Shown: positions 39,450 through 52,300 of the stretch, in pieces
Layout: each line of letters begins with the position of its first letter
Numbering within the stretch: the first letter of the stretch is position 1
Translations under genes and position numbers: made by a program
Assembly (NCBI RefSeq): GCF_036321535.1
Contig: NC_087437.1
Location: forward strand, 92,072,001-92,136,000
Direction: 5' to 3'
Length of the DNA: 64,000 nucleotides
Source: Camelus dromedarius
Lineage: Eukaryota
The notes under the pieces: generated by a model
Databases searched by the model: none
Told to the model about the DNA's origin: nothing
Seen by the model: the letters and a program-made list of their open reading frames with translations, nothing else

Positions 39450-41722
39450 ATTCATAGATAAAGAAGGAACTTCTTTCACCTGAAAAAAATGCTATTGATG
39501 AAAATAACAGAGAACACCATATTTCATAATGAATGTGTGAAGACATTCTAAGTTCTATAACAAAATAAATGTGGCTGTTCCCATCACTTATATCCAACCT
39601 CTATTGCCAATACTAACCAGTGCAATAAATCAAGAGAATAAATGAAAGCCTACATATTTGAAAGTAAAAAGTAATTTCCCCTATTTGCAGGTGATGTGGT
39701 CAATGAAATATACAAAAAAGCTCTAGAATCAAATTCAGCATGGATGCAGTATACCAGACCAACCTAAAATAATCAAATGTATTTCTATATGCTTATTAGC
39801 AAAAAGTTATTGCAAACTGGCTAACAATCTATTTATAATAGCATGTAAAACAAAATAATTTGGGGAAAATCAGACTAAATATTTTAGGATCTGTATAATG
39901 AAAACTATAAAATATTGCTGACCGAAGAAGACCTAGATAAAAGGAGATACATACTGGCTTTATTGGTCAGAATACTCAAAGTTGTTAGGATTTCAATTCC
40001 TCCTTAAATTGATCTATAGATTAATATATATCCCAATCAAAATTCTAGTAGGCTGTTTGTGGAAACAGAAAAGTTGATTGATTCTAAAATTCAAGAACAG
40101 GTAAAAAACAACAACACTGAAAAAGAAGAACAAAGTTGGAGGGTTAATGGCATTTAATTTTGTTTTCTTATAAAGCTGCAGTAATGAAGTATGTGTGTTA
40201 TTGGCATAAAGAGAAAAAATATTCATCAATGGAACAGAATAGAGAATCCAGATGTATATCCAAATATAAATGGACAACAAAACTTGTAACCTTTTATTTA
40301 GAAACTATTATGAACTTATAGTAAATTGCAAAAATAGAGTACCTTGAACTCTTCACCTAGCTCCCCACACCATGACATTTTATACAACTGCAGTACAATG
40401 TCATAACAACAAAAATTGACATAGATTCAATTAGAACACACACCTTATTCAGTTTTTACCAGATCAGTTTTAGACAATTTTTTACAAAAATACAAAGGTA
40501 ACTTAGTGGAGAAAAAAATTAATATTTTCAACATTTATTGCAAGAACAACTGGATATCCTTATACAAGTAAATGAACTTGCACCATATACAAAAACTAAC
40601 TAAAATGGATGATGGACCTAAAAATGCAACCTAAAACTATAAAGCTTCTAGGAAAAAAAAAAACGAAAAATCATTGTGATCTTAGTTTCTTTCAATTAGG
40701 TTGTATCTATTTCCTTCATAAAACAATAAACATTCCATAAAAAGTGAACTTTATCTTTTGAAGATACTATTAACAAAATTAAAACACAAGCCATGAAGTG
40801 AATTAAAATATTTGCAAAGCATGCATCTAATGAAAACTTACTGTCCAGTATTTCCTATCCAAACTTGCTAATAAAAAAAACCCAAAATATTTAAAAACAT
40901 TAGCAAATTAATTGAACACCTCTTTTTTCAAAGAATATATACAGGTGGCATAATTTTTGTGAAAAGATGCTCAATATCATTAGTCATTAGGGAAATAAAA
41001 AATTAAGGCAGAATGATATACCATTGAACATCTATTAAAATGACTATACATTGAAGATAACTAGAACTGTCAAGGTTGTGGAAGAATTGGAACTATTATA
41101 CACTTAGTAGGAATATTCCCTGGGACAAACAAAAAACAGTTTGACAGTTTCTTAAAAATTAAACATATACCTAAAAATAGAAGAGATTCATTCTATTCCT
41201 AGGTATTTACTCAAGGGAAAAAAAGTGTATCTCCTCACAAAGCCTTCCACACAAATGTCTACAGCAACTTCACTGTGATAGTCGAAGCTGGAAACAATTC
41301 AAATGCCATCAACAGGCAGATGAAAATTAACTTTTGATAAATCCACATAATGGAAACTACTCTGCAATGTAAATTAATGAGCTACTAAAACATGCAACAT
41401 GGAAGAATCTCAGAGAATTCTGTTGAGTATAGAAGCCAGTCCCAAAAAATTACATTTGGTTTGATTTTATTAATGTATATAATATATATAGTATATCTGA
41501 AAAGGCAAATTAACCTATAGTGACAAAGAGCAGATCAATTATTGTTTGGAGAGAAGAACAAGGAAGATGAGAGTGATTACAAAGATTATGAGAAAATGTC
41601 TGGGGGTGAAGGTAAGTTCCCTCTATTGATTGTGACGATGGTTTCATCACATGTGTCAAAACTTACAATCTGTACAATTTTTAAATATGTATTTTTTTAA
41701 ATGTTAATAATACCTCACAAAA
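39450..41722 (+). mobile_element. Older L1 (L1ME/L1MD-like) ORF2 remnant and 3' UTR
   Basis: Decayed ORF2 motifs ('cctatttgcaggtgatgtggtc', 'aaattgatctatagatt', 'caatggaacagaatagagaatccaga', 'aaaagatgctcaatatcattagtcattagggaaat') and 3' UTR 'ctattgattgtgacgatggtttcatc..gtcaaaactta'. Confidence 0.85.
40288..40465 (-). mobile_element. Short L1 3' end (L1MB8/L1MC-like) inserted antisense into the older L1
   Basis: 'ttttatttagaaactattatgaacttatagtaaattgcaaaaatag...cttcacctagctcccc...aaattgacat...ccttattcagtttttaccag'. The host ORF2 resumes at about 40470. Confidence 0.75.
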
Positions 41723-44349
41723 TATCATTTAATGAATTGAGCACTTGTTTGCAGAAAGATTCACTTACATTGCTATTTGACTTTCCCCAACAAACTATTT
41801 AACTTCTTTATTTTATACAAAATCATTTATATGTTATTATCAATCATTCTTCTATGTCTTAAGACTTTTTAAGTCTTGTCAAGATATTAAAATAATATAT
41901 GCCAAGCCACAGTTTCACTAAGAATCGACTGCATAGTCTAAAGGGAAAATGACTATTATAGTAAATTTGGAAGGCATTTTCTTTTAAAGAGCAATATATA
42001 AGGAATACCTTTAGTAATAGCTGCATGATTTCTATTGTTTAAATAAAATACTGAATAAATTATTAGCTTTCTTTGGTGTCTGTATTTTAACATAATAAAT
42101 GAAAGGCTTGAAAATCTGGCTGCAACAATATCTACCATAAAACACAACCAACCAACACAACAAAGTCGAGATTCATGAGAAATTATTCAATTTACTGAAC
42201 AATCAATGGAATAGTGAGTCTTTAAATATACACACCTTCATAATTCACTGATTCATTGCAAGTTTATGATTTAAAATTTTAATGCCTAAGATATTCCATG
42301 AACAAATGAAATCAAGTAGGATAAAGCACTCAGATACGTTAGACAAAGACAGCAAGGGTGCGGCCACTATTTCTTTGTTATTAAACAATAAAAAACACAG
42401 TGTGAAACATAGGTTCATTGACCAAAGTACTACTTGCAAATTAAAGAAAAACCTCACTAAGGGGAAAAAAGTCAACTTTCTCGAAGATTAAATATACACA
42501 CAGAGATACATAAACACATGCACATACATTTCTGTTAAATTTAAGTGTTTTGTAGGAATTAACATGTAAATAGTATTATAACACAAATATAAACACATTT
42601 CAGGATTGTCAGTTTCTGTCACTTTATGTAAAAGGATAACTATGTTCACTTTATATATTTTTCAAGTTTATATACTCACTAGGCTATATTAATACAACAT
42701 TAAACATTTAGTTATTTTAGTGACTCTTGCATATATTTTGTCTATAACAAGCCAAACAAAATTAACTTTTGGGGAGATCGGACCATTTTGTGTTGAAAAT
42801 TGACATCTTCAGTGATACTTAAAAACAAATGATTCCTTTTCTCTCCATGTTGCATGCATTTCCTCAAATACTTATTATTATTGTCCTCACCTAACATTTT
42901 CAGTTGCCTAATTCCAAATACAATAATAATGTTCTCACTTGTCATTGTAATACTTTCATTTTTTTTTTACAATGTTTGAACGAATAACATTGTATTTGGG
43001 GCACCAAAATTTTAATTTTTATGATCAGAAAGTCTAACCTGGGAGGATGAGATACCAGGAATATTTTTAAGGAAGAGGAGAAATGTTCCAATATGAACTA
43101 GCAACTAAATATTACATGTGTTTGTGAGTGTGTGTCTTTATAATTTCTAATTCCTTCAGAGGTCTGAGTTAAATAATAATTGCTTGATATTTCTGTAAAT
43201 ATTTTATTGTAGCCCTAGTTTTAGGCCTTCATTAAAATTTACAAAATCTTTGAAGTTTTACAGTGAAAATAATGAAATGTAACAAATAATTTCCTTGACT
43301 ATGAGGCCAAGTTTATGGATATGCAACTAAAGTTTATATTTAAAATAGAATTAATGGATAATTTTAGAAGACAAGAGGAAATATGTATCGTTTTGTCAAT
43401 TCTGCACTGGACTTTTTGATCTATGAATCAATACTTGGGTTGATACTTGGGTATTTATTGAAGAATTCAAAGCAAAAGATTTGAAACTATTCTCAAGAGT
43501 TCTGTATGAAGCACTAAAATGATCCTGTTAGAGCATCATCCACCATGACCCAGAAACTAAAAAACAGAAAGAAAATAAAATCATTTTATTGACATGTGCT
43601 TCACATTATCTGATATGCAATCTGAATCCCATATTGAGATACCATATGTGTGACATTTTCTGCTTTTTGTCCTTTTATAAAGTATTCAAAACGCTAATCA
43701 AAATATCAGGATTATGTAAAGGATTGTCAGCTGTAAGAAAATGCATTTCAGTTGAGTTCATCTTCCCTTGGGGAAAAATAATCATCTGAATCACATTATG
43801 TATATTTGTAACCAAAGCCAGGAGGAGGATTTCTACTGTGGTGATTATTAACACCCTAACATGAGTTGAAAACCAAAGCAATTGATAGAATTTTTTTCCC
43901 CTAGATCCACAACTGTCAGATGTTTAAAAAGAAATAATTTATAATGTTTTTGAATATGTTTCTTCAGATTTTTAAAATAAGTCCATATCCATTGGGACAG
44001 TTTACATTTTTTTTAAAAGTTTTCTGCTTAAATAGGACAATTTATACTTTAACATGAAGCTTCTAAAGTTAAACGTTTGGAATCAAAGTTTCCATTTGAA
44101 GTTAGCTTGTTTGCCTTTTCTTTAGCATCCACACTCTGCCTTTCAACTCCTCTAGGCCCAGAGAAAGTGGGAAGCAAATGTGAAAGAGTTCGTCTCTTTT
44201 CTTGTCTTTCTTCAATTTCTGAGTGACTTGGCATAGTCCATATTAAAGGAGAAGTCACAAACTATATAACCAAATAAATGGAAATAGTGATGATTCAATA
44301 ATGCTGATGGGCTAATAAGTGAGGAGTCTGGTTCTTGGCTAAATACCAT

Positions 44350-44417
44350 ATGTGTTATGCAGTACACCAGAAATGAACAACCAGTAAATCAACTATACTT
44401 CAATTAAAAAATAAAAA
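44350..44417 (+). mobile_element. Very short L1 3' tail
   Basis: 'tatgcagtacaccagaaatgaacaac..gtaaatcaactatacttcaattaaaaaataaaaa' is a laurasiatherian L1 terminus. Confidence 0.75.
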
Positions 44418-44949
44418 GTCGTGTGTGATTTTTTCAGGCCCGACCAAAGGCAATTTCAAAGGCTATTCCTGGCAGGTTTCAGAGGGCAAAGCTACCCTCC
44501 TACACCAGACTTGCACCCAGCCTGTGCACTGCAGTCTCTGAAAGGAGTTGCAGTCAAGGATTCAGGGTCCGCAGTTGGCCATGCATTTTCTGCTTTTTGT
44601 TTTTTGTTTTTCGTACCTGTGCTCCTCTCCCAAGTCCTTCTGCTGAGAACTTTTTCTAGAGGGGACCTGGGAGAACTTAAAGACATTTTTCTCCACTCTG
44701 ACTCAGTATGCAGCACTTTTCCAGTCCTAGCCCTTACTTACCAGTATCCTTCCCCGCGGGCCATCAGCTGGCAGTAGAAAGAGCCCTCTGTGCTGACCCT
44801 GGCCTGGCTCTGTGACATGGTGAAAAGTGGACAGTGGGGGAGCCAGCATGTCCACATCAGTAAGTGATTAAAGACTGGAGGGTTATTTTCATTTTGGTTT
44901 GTTGTTTGAACTGACTATACCTACACTTGGCAGCTCAGTTCTAAAATTT

Positions 44950-46104
44950 CTATTTGAGTCTTCATTATGTATTCTATCTTTTTGCAGACTTTCTGTGTTT
45001 TTTCTGAGACGGGATATTTTTTCATTCATTTCAGGCAGGCTCAGAATTGCTGGTCAAAGCATCTTTTTAAAAGTCCTGTCAGATAATTTTAACATCTCTG
45101 TCATTTTGGTGTAGGCAACTATTGATTGTCTTTTTGTGTTCAGTTTGAGATCTTCCTGGTTCATAGTATGATGAGTGATTTTTCTATTGAAACCAAAACC
45201 TTTATTATGTCATGTGACTCTGGGTCTTATTTAAGCCTTTTACTTTAGGTGGCTTCCTCTGACCCTGCACAGGAGTGGCATCTAGTGACAGCCCAATGGG
45301 GATAGAAGCCCAAGTTTCCCACTCAGTCTCCAGCCAGTGGAGGGGGAACTCCTCATCACTGCTGGGTGGAAATAGGAATTTCAGTTCCCCAGTAGCCAAC
45401 CACTGATACTTCCCTGACTGGAAGAGCCAGGAGTGCCTTGTTACTACGACTCCCCAGTACGGCCTTCTGACACCAGTATGAGGGAGAGGTGTGCCAGGTG
45501 GGGGTGAGAGTCCAGTTCTTTATTTAGTCCTCTCTGGTCCCACTCTGGTGGGATGAGAGGTGGGCAGGCGGTACGGGTAGTTCTTTATTGCCTAGCAAAA
45601 GTAGAGTTCTGCGCCCTCCACTTAGCCATTAATGACTTAGGTCAGTGTGGCCCACAGGTGGTTTTGCTTGTTTGTTAGTATCTGCTTGCAATAGAGACGT
45701 TATTTTCTAAATGCTTTCAGTCTTGCTAAGTTCCCCACTTCCTGGTCACTTGGCTATAAAAAGTAGGCTTTTGTTGGGACTCAGTGTCTGTGTCAACTGG
45801 CATTTCCAGATTATTGGATTCTCTAGCATTCATTTGGGTTAAATGAGGCAAAAAGAAAAGCTAGAAAATATAAAACCATGTTGGTCTTTGTGTCCAGAAT
45901 TCAGTAGTTTTTCTGCCTACTTCTCTCCAACATGTCCAACTTTCTGAGTCCTCTTATGTTTATGTCATACATAATATCATAATATTCAAGGTTTTTACAC
46001 TAACAGGCAGTTTTTTAAATTTTGTTTTGTTTTGTTTTGTTTTGTTTTGTTTTTACTAACAGGCAGAATAGAGCAAATATATCTCATCTTGGAAGTAAGG
46101 AGTC
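44950..46104 (-). mobile_element. Old L1 5' region (L1MC/L1MD-type 5' end)
   Basis: 'aaagtcctgtcagataattttaacatctctgtcattttggtg..tattgattgtctttt..ttcagtttgagatcttcctggttc' through 'atctcatcttggaagtaaggagtc' resembles a reverse old L1 5' UTR / ORF1 start. Confidence 0.7.
46011..46054. repeat. (TTTTG)n microsatellite flanked by a 12-bp direct repeat
   Basis: ACTAACAGGCAG at 45999-46010 and 46055-46066. Confidence 0.9.
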
Positions 46105-47481
46105 AACATATGTTACTTTTTGGTCAAGACTATTGAAACAGTGCAATTGTATTTAAATATAATAGTTTACTCTTTTGAATGTAAAGTTCAATATCATTTC
46201 ATGCATGTCTGAAACTTTAAAGTCTTTAGGACATTTCCAAATGAATGTAATAAAAACTAACAATTTTCAAAAGTGTTTAATTTCTGATATGATATATATA
46301 ATAGATAATTATATATATTTTTATATAACTTCAGAGAATATTTTAAATTCCTTTATTAGCTCTGTATACTTCACATGAGAGAAGAAAATAAAATACTTTT
46401 TTTTTTTCTTATCTGCATTGATATTGGTAATGAGAACAAAGGATTTCATCAGCATTTTCTGGTCTATTTTAGAAGGCGAAGCACTCCTTGCTTCTGCTTA
46501 GAATTATCTCACAACTAATCAGGTAAAAAATTGGAAATCTATTATGGAACTGAGCCAGATTTTTCTGTTCATAGTTTCTCTCTTACTTGAGACTACGTAA
46601 ATCTTCTCCCTACTTTCTGCTGCCACTATTCAATTATAAATGTAGTGACTTTCACCTTTGGAAATAAGAAATAAGGCAAACACTGCCACTTTAACAAAAA
46701 AAAGTTACTATTGCTTTAATTCAGCACCATAATATAAATAACAGGTGCATCTAATTTGGTTTAATAATAACTACAACAACATTGAAAAATAAACTAAAGT
46801 TTCAGAAATCAAATTCAAATGTAATGATAATTTATGGAAAACCATTTTACCCTTTATGTACGAACACATAATTTCCACTTTTGTTTGGTATTTATTTGAT
46901 TCTTCAGTTCTTTGATCAGAACACAGAACTGTGTTTAACTTGATCACACATTTGAAAATCATTTCCAACTTGTTTTATGTGTCGCTGGTGAAGTTTATTA
47001 TGTACTTCTGAATGTGAATCAAAGTCTTTAAAACTAATAACTATAATAACAATTATTATGCCTTTGACTTATTATAGTAATCATCTGTATTTTTGGCATC
47101 ACCAGCATACAATATAAAGTAGGAAAAATATACAAACACATAAAGACCTACTGTAGTGAAACATCTGATTGTAGAATCTAGGGCAGGAGTACATGTTATA
47201 CATAACTCCAACTAGGCACCTCTTCCTTACCCCAGGCCCTCATCAGTGAAACATGTTCCTGATCTACATGGCTTACTTAGGTCTAAATTGAAAACTCTTT
47301 CAATTCAGAGATAGTTTCTACTCCCATCATTACCCTAATTTTTATGTCACCATTGGAAAGGAAGTTAATCTTTCTAGGATTCAGAGTTCTCTATAACTGA
47401 GAAGGGTTTTAGGCAACAGGTGATCTCTTCTTAGTGTAAGAGTCTGTGCTTTGGAACTCAATAAAGAACTTTTGATCTCTT

Positions 47482-47990
47482 CACAGTTAGCATTTTTCAA
47501 CCTTGTAAGACCTTTCACTCCTTTTGTATAATAAATATTTTGTAACATCCCTTTCCTATCCTGAAATGATAGTCATAGATACCATAACCAACGTGTGCAA
47601 GTCATTTCAAAACAACTCACATCAATCTAACACTCTACCAGTAAAAAAAGATATAGAAGGTTACTGAAAGTAAAACAACATAAATGCCAATAAGCAAATG
47701 CTCAGTGTTATTACCATAGGAAATATGATGATATAGTGAAATGCTTACCCCTAATTCTATAGCCGATACAGAGATGTGCTGTTCTGATGATTCAAATATC
47801 ATACACATTGTTGATCTTAACGCCCTGACTCTACAAGATAGTGATAAACTCAATAAACAATCTGAACAAAATCTGATACAAGCTATCCTTGATTTTAGTT
47901 CCAATTTGGAAAATTCATTTACTTATTAAAATTGTGCAAAAATATTTGACTATTAAGTATAAATGATTATTTTCTAGTCTTAGTAATATT
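47482..47990. mobile_element. hAT-Charlie-like DNA transposon remnant
   Basis: 'ttttcaaccttgtaagacc...ataaatattttgtaacatccctttcctatcctgaaatga..catagata..ataacc' recalls Charlie4-type elements. Right boundary uncertain. Confidence 0.5.
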
Positions 47991-50881
47991 TAACACATGT
48001 GATTGACAATCTTTTGTTAAGATAGCCCACCATGATCATTGAAAGGTGTCCAGTAATATGCCTTCCAAATGATGATAATCAAAAATATGCTCACAAAAGT
48101 CTAAAATGTCCTTAGGTAGCTGTCCTAGGCCCTTCTGAAGCTATTGTTCTAAAGGGACAATCTGCAATTTAGAGAGATTCTGGACATGTATGGAAAAAAA
48201 AAAAAACTAGAGAGGTCAGAAACTTCTAAATGTGACTGAAAATTCTGGAAAGCAGTGTTTTTATATTCCACCATGTCTGTGTTATCTATTCATTTTGGGG
48301 TAGACTTCTGTGCATCAGTACTTCCTAAATTGAATATCTAAAGCCTTCACTATATATGGTAGTTGTTTATATAGTGTTAAATGATTCTCTGGCCATCCAA
48401 GTGTTGAAATCCCTTACAAGATTTCTCCAAACCATTAAGGACTCTTCTGCATTGGTCATGCCTCTAGCGTGGAATTTGAAATAGCCCATTTATCCAAAAA
48501 GCTCGTCTATTCTCCAACACAAGAGGACCATCTACTTTGAAACACACTGCTTGGGAAACATTAAATAAAACGGAGAATAGGAAGGAGAAAGAAGGAGGAG
48601 AAGAAAAGGAGGAGGAAGAGGAGTCATCATTAAAAGAGAGGAATTATAGGAGAAATAACATGTGTGTGTGTATATATATGTTAGAATACATATATATATG
48701 TCTTGTTACTATTTTTGAAATTATTTCTGCAAAACACTGATAATGAAAGGTTTCTCTTCCCTCTAAAGACTTATAAACAGACAAGCTTAAGAATTGCAGA
48801 ATATTAAATGATTTCTTCGGTGCCATACCAAGTTTATAATCGTGAATCTGAATACTCTCATGTTCAGCCCACACTCAGATTTCTCCCTTACTCCCTTTCG
48901 ATCAACTGGCTGCCTCAGGTTTACACGTGCCTGTTTGCAGCCCTTTGTCACACCACCACATCAGGCCAATGACGATGTGATTCATCTTACTCATACACCA
49001 GCCCATGGGATGTTGTTTTATATTTGGCAAGTAAGTAATACATGTTAGATTTAAAGTGATTCTGAAAAATGTCAAATTCAGTGTCTTTTACTTTGCTAAG
49101 AATATCGGAGCCCTGTGCCAACTGTTTCCTCTCACCACTCCTGACAACAGTCAAGCTGAAACTTAATACCTCGGAGGCCAACATATCTGATGAACTAAGC
49201 TCCTAATCTATGCATCCTGAACTTTTAAAGCATCCCTATTTTAAATATTTTAACCAGATCAAGTTACTTAGCATACAGTTCATTAATCATATTTTGCCTT
49301 ATATAAATAAAGTAGTTGAGGGACAGAGTAAGCCTGTTTAAAAAAATTCTTATAAAAAGCATGGGAAGAAAGTAGTGGGATATGTTAAATTTCTGCAGCA
49401 AATGTTAGAAAATACTCCATTTGAAAGAGACTGCAGATCCGCTACATTAAGTACAGAGATACTCTCAATAAAATTGGACTTTTTCTCCACTCTCTTACAT
49501 ACGTTTATAAGCAGAATTAGGCTTGGCCACATAACTGATTCAATATAGAAGACTTGGCCTTAGCCATTTCAGTTAACTACTACTACCCAAGTGAGCTTGC
49601 CTTTCCAAGTCTTCTATAGAGGTGCCTGCCTTATTAAATTTCCAGGGAAAGTCCATATGCCTGGGTGAAGGACTGATTTTTTTTTTTTGCATAGTTCACT
49701 CCTATGTGTGCATTGATTTATTTATATTATTGCTTGCAGAAAACAAGATACTGGTGATCTAAAAAGCCTCTTGAATGGGGGTACCCCTTTTGCCAAGTAA
49801 GCACAAGGAATTCATTTTTATCAATCACATTAAAAGCCACATTGGCATTTACAAAGTTTACTTATTGGTTTCTTTCTCATACATTCTCTTTGTGTAAGGT
49901 TTTGAGTCTCTGGCCCCCTTTTTCAACAACATCCTACTAATTCACTCAGTTTTGTCAAATCTTCTCGTATCAGTGTTGCTTATTCATACAATTTCTGATT
50001 ATAAACATAAATACTTTTCTTCATTATTTCTGTCCTAGGGCAATTCACACACTAAGAAATAATAATGACACCTGAATAGAGAAAAGGGTAAAGACATACA
50101 CAAATTGCTTTAAGGGCTGTGTGAAAGTTCAGAGTTACTCAGATTTAGTGACAGTTAACTACACACACAGACTTAAAAATGTACAATATGACGTGAGTAA
50201 ACATTTTGTAATGGAAGTCTGTTCCCTATTTGATATTAGTATTTAATTGCATAGCTTTCTATGTCCCTCCAGACAAAGAAGTTTGGGGAATGCAGACTAC
50301 TGGTCAGTTTATCTGACATCAATATTTTGAAAAAAATCGTGTAGTTAATTCGACAGACCTTATAGCATCAGCTAAGTGGAGTCTAGTGTATAAGTAGTCA
50401 GTTATGTAGCATAGTGATTAAATATAAGTGGAAAAGAAAACCAGATATGGTTTCATTTGCATTGTGTGCTCTTAACTTGACTTTGGTTTACTGCAGTGGG
50501 AAAAGGGAATAAAACTCCAGATAAGACCTGATGACATTTGAGTTTTTTTCTTTCAGTCGTAAGTCTCATACTACTCCAAATAACAAAACAATTTTCAAAA
50601 ACTAAACTGTACAAAATTCAGAATTTTATTTGTGTGTACAGCACATGAATGTGTCTGTAGTTCTCTTAGCTTTAATGCAGGGATGGACCATCTTCATCTG
50701 ACACCCTCTGATACTTTAGTGTGTTTGATGTAATATGAAAAATGGCAATCTTATAAATGTATAAAAATAATCCGACAACTTTGGTTCTCTTTCCTAGTTC
50801 TTCCGTAGTAGCACACAGCCATGGCTGTCCTAAATTACTATGATCTCTTATGAATAGAAAGGTGTTTCTAGTGGGCGATCC

Positions 50882-50894
50882 AGGTCAAAGGTCA
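50882..50894 (+). promoter_or_regulatory. Perfect DR1 nuclear-receptor motif (AGGTCA-A-AGGTCA); function untested
   Basis: Direct read 'caggtcaaaggtcaag' in apparently unique sequence. Confidence 0.4.
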
Positions 50895-51498
50895 AGGCTG
50901 CTTGGTGATGTAAAACAGCATGAAAGTGTTTAGACAAGCATTACATTTACTAAACACAGAAAATACAAATGGATAAAAGTGGGGGAAAGGGAAAGCAAGG
51001 CATAGTATACCTGGTACCCCAAAGGAAACATGGGTTTAGTGTCCATTGTTCCTTAAAATAGTCCCCACTGAGATCCAGCCCTTTGGTCCTGAGTGCCCCA
51101 TACTGTGACGATGCCATGTAAGTAGCAATGGACACAATCAATGGCAGCTCCTGGCGTATGATTTATGCCCACATACAATTGTTTTAAGGCACAGGGTATG
51201 CTAATTTCAAAATGCACTTTTAAGATTCATGAAAGATAGGCATTGGAAATTAATGTTAAAGGAGACTTTATTTTCAAGAAAAAGTAAGTGTTTGAGCCAA
51301 AACCTAAGAGCATATAAAAAGTTAGGCTTTTAAGCACAAACAAGAAAATTGCTTGTGAATTGGTTTCCTACAGAGAATGATATAGCTGAAGAAAATGTGG
51401 AGTATACAGTTAGTATCTGCTAAATGCTGTAATAGCTGTATTATTTAGATAAATGGAACACTAAGATAAATAGCCTGGCAGTGCACAAAGGATATATC

Positions 51499-51500
<2 letters not shown>

Positions 51501-51552
<52 letters not shown>
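51501..51552. repeat. (GT)26 perfect microsatellite
   Basis: Direct read. Flanked by AAGGATAT on both sides. Confidence 0.98.
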
Positions 51553-51554
<2 letters not shown>

Positions 51555-52171
51555 GGATATCCTGTACAAACAGTTATCAAAGCCCACTGAGCTGCATCTT
51601 CCAACACTGACCAATTTAAAATACCCCAGGAGTCACACTGATAGCACCTAATCTGCCAATGGTCAGAACAATTTTCAATTCATTGATTCCTTGCCTAAGA
51701 AGGAAAAGTCAAAGTATCTACTTTCCTACATAGAACAAAATAAAAATCAAAGAACTCTGCAGGGGGAAACTTTTTATGTTGACAGTTCTAGGACATGCTT
51801 GATTTTCTTTCAACCTTTAATAAGAAGAGATCCAGTAATGTCTGACAGCTGTAACTCAGTTAACTAAATGATTTAATCCTACCATTTCATAAATCAATAT
51901 TCAGGAAATGTTAGATTATATTTGAGGAATCTATTCATAAGGTCAACTTCTATTTTGCTTGCAAAGTAAAATTAACCGATATTTCTTTCTCTGTGTTGAA
52001 AAACTGTGTGCTAGAAATTGATGGTGTTTTGTCCAAAATCATCAAAGGTAATCACATTTAGATGGTTTAAATACTTTCTTGGATAGTAGGAAGGTGCATT
52101 TATTTTGTCTGCAGAAAACTGAATAAGAACTACTGTAATATGTTACACAGAAATATTGAAAAACCCTAGAC

Positions 52172-52300
52172 CAAGGGCAGGCAAGCATTTTCTGTAAATG
52201 ACCCGATAATAAACTCTTTAGAATTTGCAGGCCAAGAAGAGAAGTCGAAGCTCTGATATAGGCATTTACATAACAAGAGATTCAAAAACAATTTTTTTTC
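52172..52300 (+). mobile_element. MER58C/D-like hAT left end (may continue as decayed internal sequence to about 53170)
   Basis: 'caagggcaggcaagcattttctgtaaatgacccgataataaac..tttgcaggccaagaagagaagtcgaag..tataggcatttacataacaagaga'. Confidence 0.75.
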
